Positions 36,631-49,349 of a DNA stretch of 64,000 bases are shown here, piece by piece. A program made the position numbers and the translations under genes. The notes beneath the pieces are model-generated. The model searched no databases and was not told the origin of the DNA. It was given only the letters and a program-made list of their open reading frames with translations. Positions within the stretch are counted from its first letter, which is position 1; the number at the start of each line of letters is the position of its first letter. Source of the stretch: Eledone cirrhosa (taxonomy: Eukaryota); the NCBI GenBank assembly GCA_964016885.1, contig OZ024748.1:27218001-27282000 (forward strand), written 5' to 3'.

Positions 36631-39600
36631 TTAACGGTAATTCACATATTGTGCCAACTTGGTGGGCCAATGGACGCGTCGTCCACTTCTCGTGACTGGA
36701 GATGAAACATGTGGCTCGCTGGGACAGCAATCTGTTGGAGTTTCTGGTGTAGAGACTGTAACAGTATACATGATGGCTTTTTTTAATCTGTCCACGCTGA
36801 TAGAATTCTGTTTACCATCTAGATCGAGAATAAAATATTTCGGATATTTTTTTAGAACACGATAAGGGCCAGAATATGGAGGTCGAAGATGAGCTGAGAT
36901 GGTGTCGTTTCGAACGAAAACGTGTGTCCAATTTTTAATGTCTGAAGGTACGTGTGTGGCCGTGTTCTGTTGACGGGTGCTTGCAGGAGCAAGGTGAGAC
37001 ATATATTGTCGAAGATGGTGTACGTATGATCCTGGGTCTGGAACATCCTGAGGAGAGATGGGAGCAACCATCTGATCAGGTAGAACCAGAGTGGTGCCGT
37101 ACACTAATTCTGCGGTGTGTGTCCGAATTCCTCCTTAACGGTGGATCGAATGCCCAGAAGGATGAGTGGTAGGTATTCAAACCGGTGGGTCTTGTCTGGA
37201 TATGCTTTTATTGCAGCTTTCAATTGGCGCTGGAATCTTTCCACGAGACCATTAGCTTGCGGGTGATAAGCTGTCGTGCGGATGTGTTTACATCCTAACA
37301 GGCGAGTCAGTTCCCTGAAGAGGTGGGAGTCAAATTGGTGTCCTCTGTCATCTTCGCTGGGGCGCCATAACGTGATACCCAGTGTAAAACCAAAGTTTTA
37401 GCGACTGTTTCCGCTGAGGTATCATTTATGGGAAAAGCCTCAGGCCAACGAGAAAATCAATCTATGCAGGTGAGCAAGTGTGTGTAGTTCTGTGATGGTG
37501 GTAGCGGTCCGACGATGTCGATATGCACATGATGAAAAGGTGCATCAGGTTGCGCGAATGTGCCGAGTGGAGTTTTGATGTGTCTGTGGACTTTGGCTTT
37601 CTGGCAGGCAATGCAGCTCCTGGACCAGTCGCGCACGTCCTTGTTAATGTTAGTCCACACAAAACGAGCAGAGATGATTTTCTGTGTAGCCCGGATTCCC
37701 GGGTGAGACAAGCAGTGTAAAGCAGAGAAAACTTGTTGACGCTGCATCTGTGGTACGTACGGTCGTTCACGACCGGTAGAAAGGTCGCACCAAATTTGTC
37801 CCGGAGAAGGAATGGGAACTTGCTGAAACTTGAGGGATGGTGAATCTCGGAGCTTGATAAACTCTTCGTCAGTCTCTTGTTCAGCTGCGATCTGTTAAAG
37901 GTCGATGCCTGAATGCACATGTATTGCGTTCAGCTGGATTCGGGACAGGGCGTCGGCTGCTACGTTGTCTGATCCCTTGATATGCCGAATATCAGTTGAA
38001 TATTGGGAGACAAAATCCAGGTGTCGGAGTTCTCTCGGTGAATGTCGATCAGGTTTGGTACGGAACGCATAAACTAGTGGTTTATGGTCCGTGTAGATCA
38101 CGAAATCTGATCCTTCGAGCATGTGCCGAAAATGCTTAACCAAAAGATAGGTTGCCAAGAGTTCACGGCCAAAGGTACTGTATTTCGTTTCTGCCGGTTG
38201 CAATCGCTTAGAAAAGAAGGATAAGGGTTGCCACACGCCGTGGACATGTTGTTATAGAACGCCTCCAACCCCCGTGTCTGATGCCTCCACTAGCAGCGAA
38301 AGAGGAGCGCCAGACCTGGAGAAAACGAGCATGGAAGCGTTTGCCAACATTTCCTTCAGGCGGTTAAAAGATGTTAATTCTTCCTCGTTTAGAGTGATCT
38401 CTTCGTTTTTGCGAGTCCGGTTACGAAGAAGGTCCGTGAGGAGTCTGGCTGCGTCCGAACAATGAGGGATAAAACGCCTATAAAAATTCACCAGACCTAG
38501 GAATTCACGCAGTTTCCGAAGTGATGTAGGTGCGGGAAAGCGGGAAAACTGCGGATAGCTTCTACTTTCTCGGGAAGTGGACGAATGCCGTCTTTATCGA
38601 TGATGTGCCCGAGAAAGGACAGTGAAGGAACGCCGAGGAACTTGCTGTGGTTGATGATGATACCGTACTCAGCCAAACGTCGGAAAAGGAGATCTAAGTG
38701 CTTCTCGTGCTCATGCTCGGAAGTACTTGCTACCAGCACGTCGTCAATATACGCGTATACGAAGGGTAGATAGCGTAACACGGTGTCAATAAACCGCTGA
38801 AAAGTTTGTGCAGCGTTGCGCAGACCGAACGGCATTCGCAGGAATTCGAATAAACCGAACAGTGTTGTGATTGCGGTCTTCGGAATGTCTGCAGGCTCCA
38901 TAGGTATCTGGTTATATGCACGCACCAAATCTACCTTGGAAAAGGTGCGTGCGCCTTGCAGAGAGGCAGAAAAATCGTGCAGGTGAGGTACAGGGTAATT
39001 ATCGGGCACTGTAGAATTATTAAGTGCACGATAATCCCCACATGGTCGCCAATCATTCTCGTTTTTTTTGGAACTAGGAGTAGGGGTGCAGACCAGTTGC
39101 TGGAGGAAGGACGAATGATTCCGAGGTCCAGCATGTGTTGGAACTCCTGCTTGGCGATTCTCAATCGGTCTGGAGGCAGTCTCCTTGGTCGGGCAGCTGT
39201 GGGTGGTCCCTTTGTCTCGATGTGGTGCGTGACACTATGCTTAATAGGACCATCCTTAAATACCGGGCGAGTGATGTCTGGGTATTTCTGGAGAATGCCG
39301 TTGTACCGCGAAGGCTCTGACTGGCAAATTACAGGGCTCACTATGGATTGCGTGGTAAATATACCTCTCACAGTGAGGTTTGTGGTGGTGTCAATAAGCC
39401 TCCGGTTCTTCATATCCAACAGAAGGTTGAAGTGGTGGAGAAAATCGGCTCCTAGGATCGGGGTCGGCAGGTCTGCCACGACGAACACCCACTGATAAGC
39501 TGCCTCAAGGCCTAAATTGAGGGTCAGTGATTTTCCCCCGAAAGTCGGAATTGACGATCGGTTCACTGCCTGCAGAAAGGACGGGGTTGGGTGTTTTTGC

Positions 39601-40018
39601 CCGAGATTAGTGAAACAGGAATAACACTAACCTGGGCTCCTGCATCTACGAGGTAACGGATGCCTGTCGCCTGGTCGTTAATACAAAATAGACGACTTTT
39701 CTTTTCTGTACCAGGGGTGAACGTCGTCGCCAGGCCCTGGGTGGCATTCCGGAAAGAGCACGAGGCTTTGCACTTAGATGCCTGTGCGCCGAAATTTGAG
39801 TGATACCAGCAGAGGTTGCCAGGCAGACAATTTTGACTGGGACTTCTGGATGTTCGACTGTGAAAGGGCCTGGATCGACTGTTGCTGCGTCGCCGGTGTG
39901 TTTGAAAGGCCAAGTTCTCTACTTGATTCGAGAGGGCTTTAATTTGACCAGCCCGCTCTCTGATCATAGCCCGCAGCTCTGAAATCTCGACCTCTGTCGT
40001 TGGTTGGGACATGTCCAT
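36631..40018 (-). pseudogene. Gypsy gag remnant and pol (protease, RT, RNase H, integrase), frameshifted
   Basis: LCWYH..FG..A..C...C gag end; YLVDAGAQVS protease; [15 protein letters not shown] and YIDD RT; ELLA, YTDHKPL, NVAADALSR RNase H; H-x3-HPG...C-x2-C and HIDIVGPLP integrase; PPYSGPY motif. Confidence 0.93.
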
Positions 40019-40043
40019 GTTGGTATCTTCTTAGGTGCTGTCT

Positions 40044-40075
40044 GGTTGCGCGTTCGACTCACGTCCGGGTCACCA
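40044..40075 (-). promoter_or_regulatory. Primer binding site complementary to tRNA-Trp 3' end (extended)
   Basis: TGGTGACCCGGACGTGAG... two bases inside the 5' LTR. Confidence 0.8.
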
Positions 40076-40077
40076 AT

Positions 40078-40488
40078 TGTAGCGACGTGGTTAGACAGTC
40101 TGGTCACTACTTCTGATCAGATCTGAAGATAGCCCTTAAAAGAACTGTTGAGGATGGACAGACGAAAGCACAAATTGAAAGGACGAAGCAAGGCGAGATG
40201 TAAATTCGATCAGCTATTTATTTTCACATGAAGCGACGATACGAGGTACAAGGCGTGTGTGAGTGACAAAGCGTGGCAGAGGCGAGGAACAACGATGCGC
40301 TAGCTGACTCTGCCAAAAGTCGACTGGCGAAGTGCTTGGAACCACTTATACAGAAATAATCGTTTGATGTTTAGCCGCTGTGTAGGCGTTTATTCTGGTA
40401 GGTTTTAAGGGTTCTTTTGTTTCACGGTGAGGTAGCTAGCTAACAGGTAGATGGCGCTGTATATTTCACAGATGTTATTTCCGGTGGC

Positions 40489-40494
<6 letters not shown>
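40078..40494 (-). repeat. Gypsy 5' LTR (417 bp)
   Basis: Direct repeat of 35201-35699 with TG...CA termini. Confidence 0.92.
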
Positions 40495-40550
<56 letters not shown>

Positions 40551-40663
40551 GAAAAATTTGAACAGGGACAGAACAGAGAGGCAGTACAATAAATGTTTAT
40601 TAAATTCACGCTCAGGAGAGTGGGGGGTAGGTGGACACACACACATTGATATATATATATATC

Positions 40664-40801
<138 letters not shown>

Positions 40802-40829
40802 ATCAGAAGATGGTTAAAAGAGTTCCATA

Positions 40830-40900
40830 TATTTTATTATGCGCATTTCAAAAACAAATATCATCATGCAATAACATTTGCGTTTTCGTCAGATAAAATA
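40830..40900 (-). ncRNA. Type-I hammerhead ribozyme, long-stem-II family, copy 1
   Basis: Reverse complement of 41026-41096; CUGACGA core at 40892-40886. Confidence 0.8.
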
Positions 40901-41025
40901 GAGACACATGATATGAAAACATATGAAAAGTAGTTTTAGGTTGATCAATCTAAAACTACTTTTCATATGTTGATTTAAAACTGCACTATTCACAAGTGTG
41001 TTTTAACCTTCATATCATGTCTCTC

Positions 41026-41096
41026 TATTTTATCTGACGAAAACGCAAATGTTATTGCATGATGATATTTGTTTTTGAAATGCGCATAATAAAATA
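41026..41096 (+). ncRNA. Type-I hammerhead ribozyme, copy 2
   Basis: UAUUUUAU CUGACGA [stem II incl. caaauguuauu-gcau-gaugauauuug] GAAA UGCGCA UA^ AUAAAAUA; 8-bp stem I, palindromic stem III AUGCGCAU, AUA triplet, cleavage after 41088. Confidence 0.82.
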
Positions 41097-41222
41097 CATG
41101 GAACTCTTTTAACCATCTTTTGATCTTATATATTATTATTTATACTCCAGTCCTACAAACTGTAGAGTGCTACTTATCCGATATCTGCATTGCTTTATTG
41201 TACTACAATAAAACTCACCTCC

Positions 41223-41268
<46 letters not shown>

Positions 41269-41396
41269 GGAGGTGAGTTTTATTGTAGTACAATAAAGTA
41301 ATGCAGATATCGGATAAGTAGCACTCTACAGTTTGTAGGACTGGAGTATAAATAATAATATATAAGATCAAAAGATGGTTAAAAGAGTTCCATGTA

Positions 41397-41463
41397 TTTT
41401 ATTATGCGCATTTCAAAAACAAATATCATCATGCAATAATATTTGTGTTTTCATCAGATAAAA
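41397..41463 (-). ncRNA. Type-I hammerhead ribozyme, copy 3
   Basis: Reverse complement of copy 4; CUGAUGA core at 41457-41451. Confidence 0.8.
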
Positions 41464-41585
41464 CATGAAGACATGATATGAAGGTTAAAAAACACTTGTG
41501 GATAGTTCAGTTTTAAATCAACATATGTTGATTTAAAACTGAACTATCCACAAGTGTTTTTTAACCTTCATATCATGTCTTCATG

Positions 41586-41652
41586 TTTTATCTGATGAAA
41601 ACACAAATATTATTGCATGATGATATTTGTTTTTGAAATGCGCATAATAAAA
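41586..41652 (+). ncRNA. Type-I hammerhead ribozyme, copy 4
   Basis: UUUUAU CUGAUGA (41592-41598), stem II, GAAA (41635-41638) UGCGCA UA^ AUAAAA. Confidence 0.82.
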
Positions 41653-41748
41653 TACATGGAACTCTTTTAACCATCTTTTGTTCTTATATATATATATATA
41701 TATAATGGAAAAATTATATCTATATATATATATCTATATATATCTATA

Positions 41749-41799
<51 letters not shown>

Positions 41800-41832
41800 A
41801 TCTGTGTGTGTATATATATAGAGAGAGATATC

Positions 41833-41875
<43 letters not shown>

Positions 41876-42338
41876 ATAATAATAAATGTGAAGACTAAAA
41901 TCCGAAGAGGGCTCGATAAGGATAAATATATATCAAAATATATAAAACCATAGAGCAAATATTTATTAAAATAACATTAAAGTTTAAGCATATATATATA
42001 TATATGTGTGTATATGTGTATATATATGTGGGAGCCCTTACATGGACACATTGGAAGAGGAAGACCAAGGTTAACGTATGTTGATGCCCTAAGGACAGAC
42101 ACTGGTCTGTTGGAGACGCAGACCAGAAGCGATAATGAGGGACAGAGACCGCTGGAAAGAACTCGTCCATGGATTTCGGGAATTTTACCCGCCCTAGATA
42201 GATAAATATATATATATGTGTGTATATATATATATATATATGTGTGTATGTGTGTGTGTATATATATATATATATGTGTGTGTGTATATATATATATATA
42301 TGTGTGTGTGTGTATATATATATATATGTGTGTGTGTG

Positions 42339-42381
<43 letters not shown>

Positions 42382-42418
42382 GTGTGTGTGTATATATATA
42401 TATATATGTGTGTGTGTG

Positions 42419-42469
<51 letters not shown>

Positions 42470-42519
42470 TAAGATTGGTGGTCTGAAATAGCGATGTTTA
42501 CATAAATGTAGAGTACAAT

Positions 42520-42707
42520 GGCGGTGGATTGGCAGTATCGGTAGAGGGTCGGACGCCATGCTTTCCAGCATAGTTACGTCCCTTTACGATCTGAGTTCAA
42601 ATCCCGCCGAGGTTGACTTTGCCTTTCATCCTTACGGGGTCGATAAAATAAAGTACCAGTAATGCACTGGGTAATTGCTGGCCTTGTGCCAAAAGTAGAA
42701 ACAATTA
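42520..42707 (+). mobile_element. SINE family 1, near-intact reference copy
   Basis: ggcggtggattggcagtatcggtag...gagttcaaatcccgccgagg...gtagaaacaatta; almost identical to 45897-46087. Confidence 0.85.
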
Positions 42708-42754
<47 letters not shown>

Positions 42755-42779
42755 ATTAAAAAAAACGAGAAATTGCCTC

Positions 42780-42986
42780 ACACCTTCCCTCTGCGTCTTT
42801 TTACATAAGAGAACGACCGAAGGGGGAGGTTTCGTCCTTGAACATCCAATGAAAATACGTGTTTCCAGAAAATCACACGAAAAACGACAACAGCAGCAAG
42901 TTCAAGGTTGTTTGTCAACAAATTACAAATCACATTTCACTGTTGTTTGATCCGGCTGACTGTCCCACACCACCGACGACAAACTG
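42780..42986 (+). promoter_or_regulatory. Putative GPD1 promoter and non-coding first exon
   Basis: Unique, relatively CpG-rich sequence with CCAAT at 42846 and a ctg|gtaaat donor at 42986/7; acceptor cccccag at 43700 precedes the ATG exon. TSS not determinable. Confidence 0.4.
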
Positions 42987-43751
42987 GTAAATACTCCATT
43001 ACTACTCACTACTAACACCACACAAACACTCCATCACCTAGCCCCTTTAATTTGCCACCAGATCACTTAATTTACCCTCGTACAACTACTTAATATCACA
43101 TCTTATAGTACCACTGAGACTACTGCTATAATATCATCAACATTAATCACACCCGCTCCAGAATGATCATCTAATCGCCCCATCACGTGGATTATAAAAG
43201 CTCCAGCATCTTATGCTAGCGCCTAGAATTTGGGTATGGCGTAAGTAGCATCCACAAATCCCTGTAATAACTTCATATAACACATCGCCTCCACCCCCTC
43301 ATTACCACCAGAACTAGCGCTATCGGTGCCAACACATAGAACTAGATTCAGTAACATACATTATATATATATACCTACATTAGTGCTATCATCAAAATTA
43401 CTATCATCATTATTACCACACACAACCACCGCTAAAATGTTTACGCTGCTCATCTCTCAGGTTTAATTCTAGTTCTAGATTCTCAGAAGTGGTGGTCACT
43501 TTCGGAAGATTTTTTATTAAAGGACCAAAGAGGAGAAAAAACAAAACAAAACAAAACAAAGAGAAAATGAAAGATGAATCTATTTTCACACACACGCACA
43601 ATTATACACACATGTGCTAACGCGTTAGTTGTATATATACATCTCCATTTTATATAGGAAAATACATATTTATATTTATTTGTTATATTCTAACCCCCAG
43701 TTATTTGCGAAAGAAGCAGCAAGTCCACAATAACAACAAAGAAAGCTGAAA

Positions 43752-43795
43752 ATGTCATCTCTAAAGAAAATTTGTATCGTTGGTTCTGGAAATTG
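43752..43795 (+). CDS. GPD1: Glycerol-3-phosphate dehydrogenase [NAD+], cytoplasmic, first coding exon
   Basis: MSSLKKICIVGSGNW with split TG|G codon and gtaag donor; GSGNWG Rossmann motif; in-frame upstream TAA supports the ATG. Confidence 0.93.
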
Positions 43796-44066
43796 GTAAG
43801 CTTTACTTACAATATTGCAATTTTATAAACATTCCGTCTGTATGATGCTACTACACTGCTAGAACCATGTGCTGTATACGAACTAAATACATGTGTTATT
43901 TCAAAACTAAATTTTGTTTTTCCAAACACACACTGTTTTATATTTCATCCACTCAGCTGGCTGCTTTCTTCCCATCACCACCTTCTCTACTACTAAAAGA
44001 ATCACCACTTCATATCTTTTAATTATCTCACCGTTACTATATCGTCACCTCATTCGTATCTACAAT

Positions 44067-45079
44067 CAGTGGCGGACTGGGTCTAAAAAAATTGGTTACC
44101 AGGAAATAAAGGGGGCCCACCCACATATAGAATGCCATCATTTAATTTTTATAATGAACAAATAACATTTAAAAAAAAAAAAAAAGATAAAAAAATAGAT
44201 AAGTGAAAACAAAATTTGCGGAAAAAAATTGTGTATTTTTAAAAACTAATGTTACTGTACATGTTACTGGCAGTATACAGTAATACTAAATGTTAATACA
44301 GAATGTTATAATTGAATTTTTAAATAATTGTGAATGTATAGTGTACTGTTATTTAGAGTAGAGTCTGCAAGTGATCGTTCTTACTTTCTCCAATCTAAAG
44401 TACCTTGCGAAATATACACATCCAGAGACTTTCAATAATGACCTTTGGTCTTTCACACTCACTCAATATATATATATATTAACAAAGAAAGTGTAGTAAG
44501 AAACCAGGTGGACCATAACGCACCACACACACACACATATATATATATACACATGTACACACATGTACCCAGATATAAATGTATATCTGGGAGTGTGTGT
44601 ACATGTACATATATATGTATACATGCATGTTTTCAACTTGTACAACATTTATTTGTACACTCATTCTCCCTAGGGACTTTAGACTGAAGAACTGACCTAA
44701 TTAATTTTAAATGTCTTTAACCCATTGATATAAAAAATTATTCGGTCAGCAGCTCGTGTGTATGTGTAAGTATATATATATATGTGGGTGTGGCTATGTT
44801 TGCATGCATGTGTACAGTAAGTTATAAATTCAGACAATCAGTAATTTCAATTGTTAGCACTATCATATATTTTGGTTTCTATTAATTCCCTAGGGTTAGC
44901 GTTTGACCAAATGCTTTGCTTATTTGTATATTTATTTTAAACAAATGTTTTTCTCTAAGACTTTTTTTAAAAAGAAATTTTTTGAAAGCAAAGCATTGAC
45001 CCCTAAAATACTACAGTGGGCTCCTGCAATGCTACCCGGGGCCCACATGCCATTGGGCAACCTGGCTAGTCCGCCACTG
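44067..45079. mobile_element. Non-autonomous hAT-type element (1013 bp)
   Basis: 12-bp TIR CAGTGGCGGACT/AGTCCGCCACTG; 8-bp TSD tctacaat/cctacaat (7 of 8 match). Confidence 0.85.
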
Positions 45080-46436
45080 CCTACAATACACACACAGCGT
45101 GATTCGGAATAAAGACTATGAACACAAAATATGTTTAGTCATAACACACACTATCACAAGACAGGCCTGGGTTTAATCATTCTTTTTAAACGCTTGTCTC
45201 AACACTCCTCAATGTATTTATTTTCTATGCGATCTTTTACCAATTTAATACCTAACAAGCTTATTTAGTCGTAGCTACTTCGTCTTGTTGACATTTAATG
45301 TGAATAAAAAATATATTTCCTATAGTAGGCCCCACATTATTGAGGGAACTGTGGATAATTCTGATTCACTGAATTCCTTCGTTATGAAGAATCCAAATAT
45401 TAGCATGAGAGCGTAAATTTACAAGAGGAAATTAACTGGCGAGTGTATTAAATGTCACTCAAAAGATTATAATGACAGCAAATGAATGAGATAATTACTT
45501 TTCTTTAAAATTGTTTCACGTAGGAAACGATGAAGCCCCTATACACACATATATGGGTGATATATATATATATGTGTGTGTGTCTCTCTCCCTCTCACAC
45601 ATATATATAATGTATGTATATATATATATAATGTATGTATATATATATAATGTGTGTGCGTGTAATATTTATGTGAGTGTGTGATAAATTTGTGTGAGTT
45701 CGTCAAAATTAGCGTTTAACAAAATACCATTATATGATGTTTTGTTACGTCCCTTTACGATCTGAGTTCAAATCCCGCCGAGGTTGACTTTGCCTTTCAT
45801 CCTTACGGGGTCGATAAAATAAAGTACCAGTAATGCACTGGGTAATTGCTGGCCTTGTGCCTAAAGTAGAAACAATTATATGATGTTTTGTGGATTGGGT
45901 GGTGGATTGGCAGTATCGGTAGAGGGTCGGACGCCATGCTTTCCAGCATAGTTACGTCCCTTTACGATCTGAGTTCAAATCCCGCCGAGGTTGACTTTGC
46001 CTTTCATCCTTACGGGGTCGATAAAATAAAGTACCAGTAATGCACTGGGTAATTGCTGGCCTTGTGCCTAAAGTAGAAACAATTATTAAAGGGCGGTGGA
46101 TTGGCAGTATCGGTAGAGGGTCAGACACCATGCTTTCCAGCATAGTTACGTCCCTTTACGATCTGAGTTCAAATCCCGCCGAGGTTGACTTTGCCTTTCA
46201 TCCTTACGAGGTCGATAAAATAAAGTACCAGTAATGCACTGGGATAATTGATGGCCTTGTGCCAAAAGTAGAAACAATTATATGATGTTTTGTTATATAA
46301 TACCACAAAGTGAGTTCATTTGCTCCCTTCCCTTTGCGTAAACACAGACAAAAATAGAGGACTTTGATCTTAAACGTCGCATAAATTGAGTATATAGCTA
46401 ATTGGTTAACCACAAACACACATATCTACATAAATA

Positions 46437-46690
46437 CAGTGTAACCTCGGTTCACGAACTTAATTCGTTCTTGAAGGCCATTCGTCACCAGAAATGCTCG
46501 TAAGCCGAATGTATTTCCCCCATACGAAGTCTTGAAAGAGAAATACATTGAGAGAGTGACTGTGTGAAAGACAGATAGATATTACCATAGTAACTAACTA
46601 CATAGCAGGTGACGCTTTCCCGCCGATACTCCCAGCTAGTCATCAACCATTCGTTACTCGAGAGACTGTTCGTGAACCGAGGTTCCAATG
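46437..46690. mobile_element. pogo/Tigger-type MITE
   Basis: TA-CAGTGTAACCTCGGTTCACGAAC...GTTCGTGAACCGAGGTTCCAATG-TA. Confidence 0.8.
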
Positions 46691-47437
46691 TACATTATTA
46701 TAGACACATCTATAATGTACATTATTTACCAGTAATGCACTGGGTAATTGCTGGCCTTGTGCCTAAAGTAGAAACAATTATTATAGACACATCTAGGGCG
46801 GTGGATTGGCAGTATTGGTAGAGGGTTGGACGCCATGCTTTCTAGCATAGTTACGTCCCTTTACTGTTTGAGTTCAAATCCCGCCGAGGTTAACTTTGCC
46901 TTTCGTCCTTACGGGGTCAATAAAGTACCAGTAATGTACTGGTTAATTGCTGGCCTTGTGCCTAAAGTAGAAACAATTATTATAGACACATCTAGATAAA
47001 TAGAATATTTCATATACACATACATCTACATAAATACATTATTATATACACTCATCCCTCATAAATAGTTTATTGCTTACAGACATCCCTCATAAATACA
47101 TTCTTATATGCACGTCGACGCAGAAGACGTGTATATTTGGAAATCGATGTAAACATGACTATACTTCATATGTAGGTGGTTGATGATATATATATAATGT
47201 ATAATAAACAATACAATATAATTACCTCATTACCAGAGGTTTCCCGAATAAGACGAATACAAGAAACGTCCCCATTCGTACGTCAGACAAATGCAGACGT
47301 TTCTTGTATTCGTTTTATTCAGGAAACCTCTGGTAATGAGGTAATTATATTGTATTGTTTATTATACATAAAATATTTAGCTCTGTAACTTACATAGAGC
47401 ACTCTTCATTCCTCTGACTTTTTCAACGGAAACTTCA

Positions 47438-47503
<66 letters not shown>

Positions 47504-49349
47504 CATGTTCATACAACGTAACTACAATGTTTCAGCAAAGCGTCGCAACCATGTAAGAAACTGAATAAACAAACGTGTATATTTACTGTTGCCAGTAATC
47601 TGTAACCAACTATTCTCTCTCTCTCTCTCTCTCTTCTTCCATCTCTCTCTCTTCCTTACTCTTCTTCCATCTCCATCTCTCCCCTATCTCACTCTCTCTC
47701 TATATACATGATGTATATTTATGTAGATGTGTAAGTGTGTGTATATGTATTGATACATATATATGTGTGTGTATGCCTTATATGCCATGTAAATATGTCT
47801 TACTGTGACATTCCAATGACATGTTTCACTCTCTCTCTCAACACACATACATAATTCATAATTGCATATAGGTATTACACACACACTCACACACCACACA
47901 CACACATGGTTGTTGTTACCATTATGGTTAACTAGGCAGCCATCAAGAACACAGATAGAACTCAGAGAGGAGAATTACTAAAATTTAAACCATCACAGTT
48001 TTATACAAATTTATATAATTTAATAAATATATAATTATTTCCTACAATCACTGAACATCATTGTTGCATATCAGAGTTGTAGAAATGTCCAAAGCAGTTG
48101 AGTGTCATATGGTGTTATGACCTGTCACATAATTTAGTGTGCGTGAGCGTGGTCTGTGTAGTGGAAAATGCAGGTTTAGTGATTTTCTTAGTGTGGTCAG
48201 AGCAAAACATGTCAAAAACTAGGTTTGCCAGCTTGCCAAGCTGTTGAAATGATTATATTTGGGGTGTGACAAGTCAGATCAGGTGACCTTGTCTAGTTCT
48301 ATATGAACAAGACAGCCATCTGATTTGACTTGTCTCACAATGGGATAACTTGTCTAACACATGCTAGTGTGGAAAATGGACATTAAATGGTGATAAGGAT
48401 GTGGCACATAACTGAGAGAAGAGGGCACACATTGTAGGGTTAGCCTTCATCTTCTCCCACTTATTCCTGAGAGAGTCATGTGACAGAGTCGTCAGAAACA
48501 TCTTCCAGAGAGTCCTATCAGAAGCAATTGTCTCCAAATGAATCAGATGGATCCTCAAGACCAACCAAGCTTATGGATGTTATCCAATGATCTTGCTCAT
48601 GGTCTACCTCTAAGTCTCCTGCTAGCTGGCTTTGCCCATAAAATTTGTCTGGCAATTCTTTCCTTAAACAACCACATGTCCATAGTACTGGAGCTAGGAT
48701 CTCTGAATGTGGAGAAGTAGTGCCTTTGCCTGGAATGACTTCCTGATCTCTGAGTTTAATGTTACTCTAAAGACCCTTTGGAAGAACCTCATTTTGGCTA
48801 CATGTATTGTATTTTCTTGTCATTTCCCAAGATATATAACCATAGGTAAGGGTAGGCATGAACACCAAATTGAGGATAGTGAGTTTGGCTTTTACACCTA
48901 CTCCATTTCTTCTGAGTGCTGAACTGTGAGAAAGTAGTAGAAGTTACCTGCTCACAGTGCATACTCATCATCATCATCATCATTCTATATTTGTTTTCCA
49001 TGCTGGCATGGGTTTGATGGGTCATCACAGTCTGAGACGAGACAGGTTGGATAACCATATCTCGTTCATATGGTGCATATTTTAGCATGTTTGGCTAGAT
49101 GCCCTTCCTAATGCCAAACCACTTTGCATATTGTACTGGTTAGATTTTATCATGGCACCAGCACTAGAGAGGTTGTCAAGTCCTTGGCAAGACTGAAGGT
49201 TCCTCTTGATCCTATATTGTCTCTGCTCAGTTGCCAACCACTTTACATATTGTAATGGGTGCATTTTATTATAGCACCAGTCCTAGAAGGGTTGTCAAGT
49301 CCTTGGCAATGTTAAAAGGTCTTCTCTGTCTTACATTATCTCTCTCATA

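Larger units (their letters stand above)
35201..40494 (-). mobile_element. Ty3/Gypsy LTR retrotransposon, both LTRs present, gag largely deleted
   Basis: TG...CA LTRs, PBS, PPT, domain order PR-RT-RH-IN; inserted in (TA)n (tata on both sides). Confidence 0.95.

Noticed and set aside
40044-40075. tRNA-Trp gene
   Set aside because: Only the 3' 32 nt with encoded CCA, adjacent to an LTR; it is a primer binding site.
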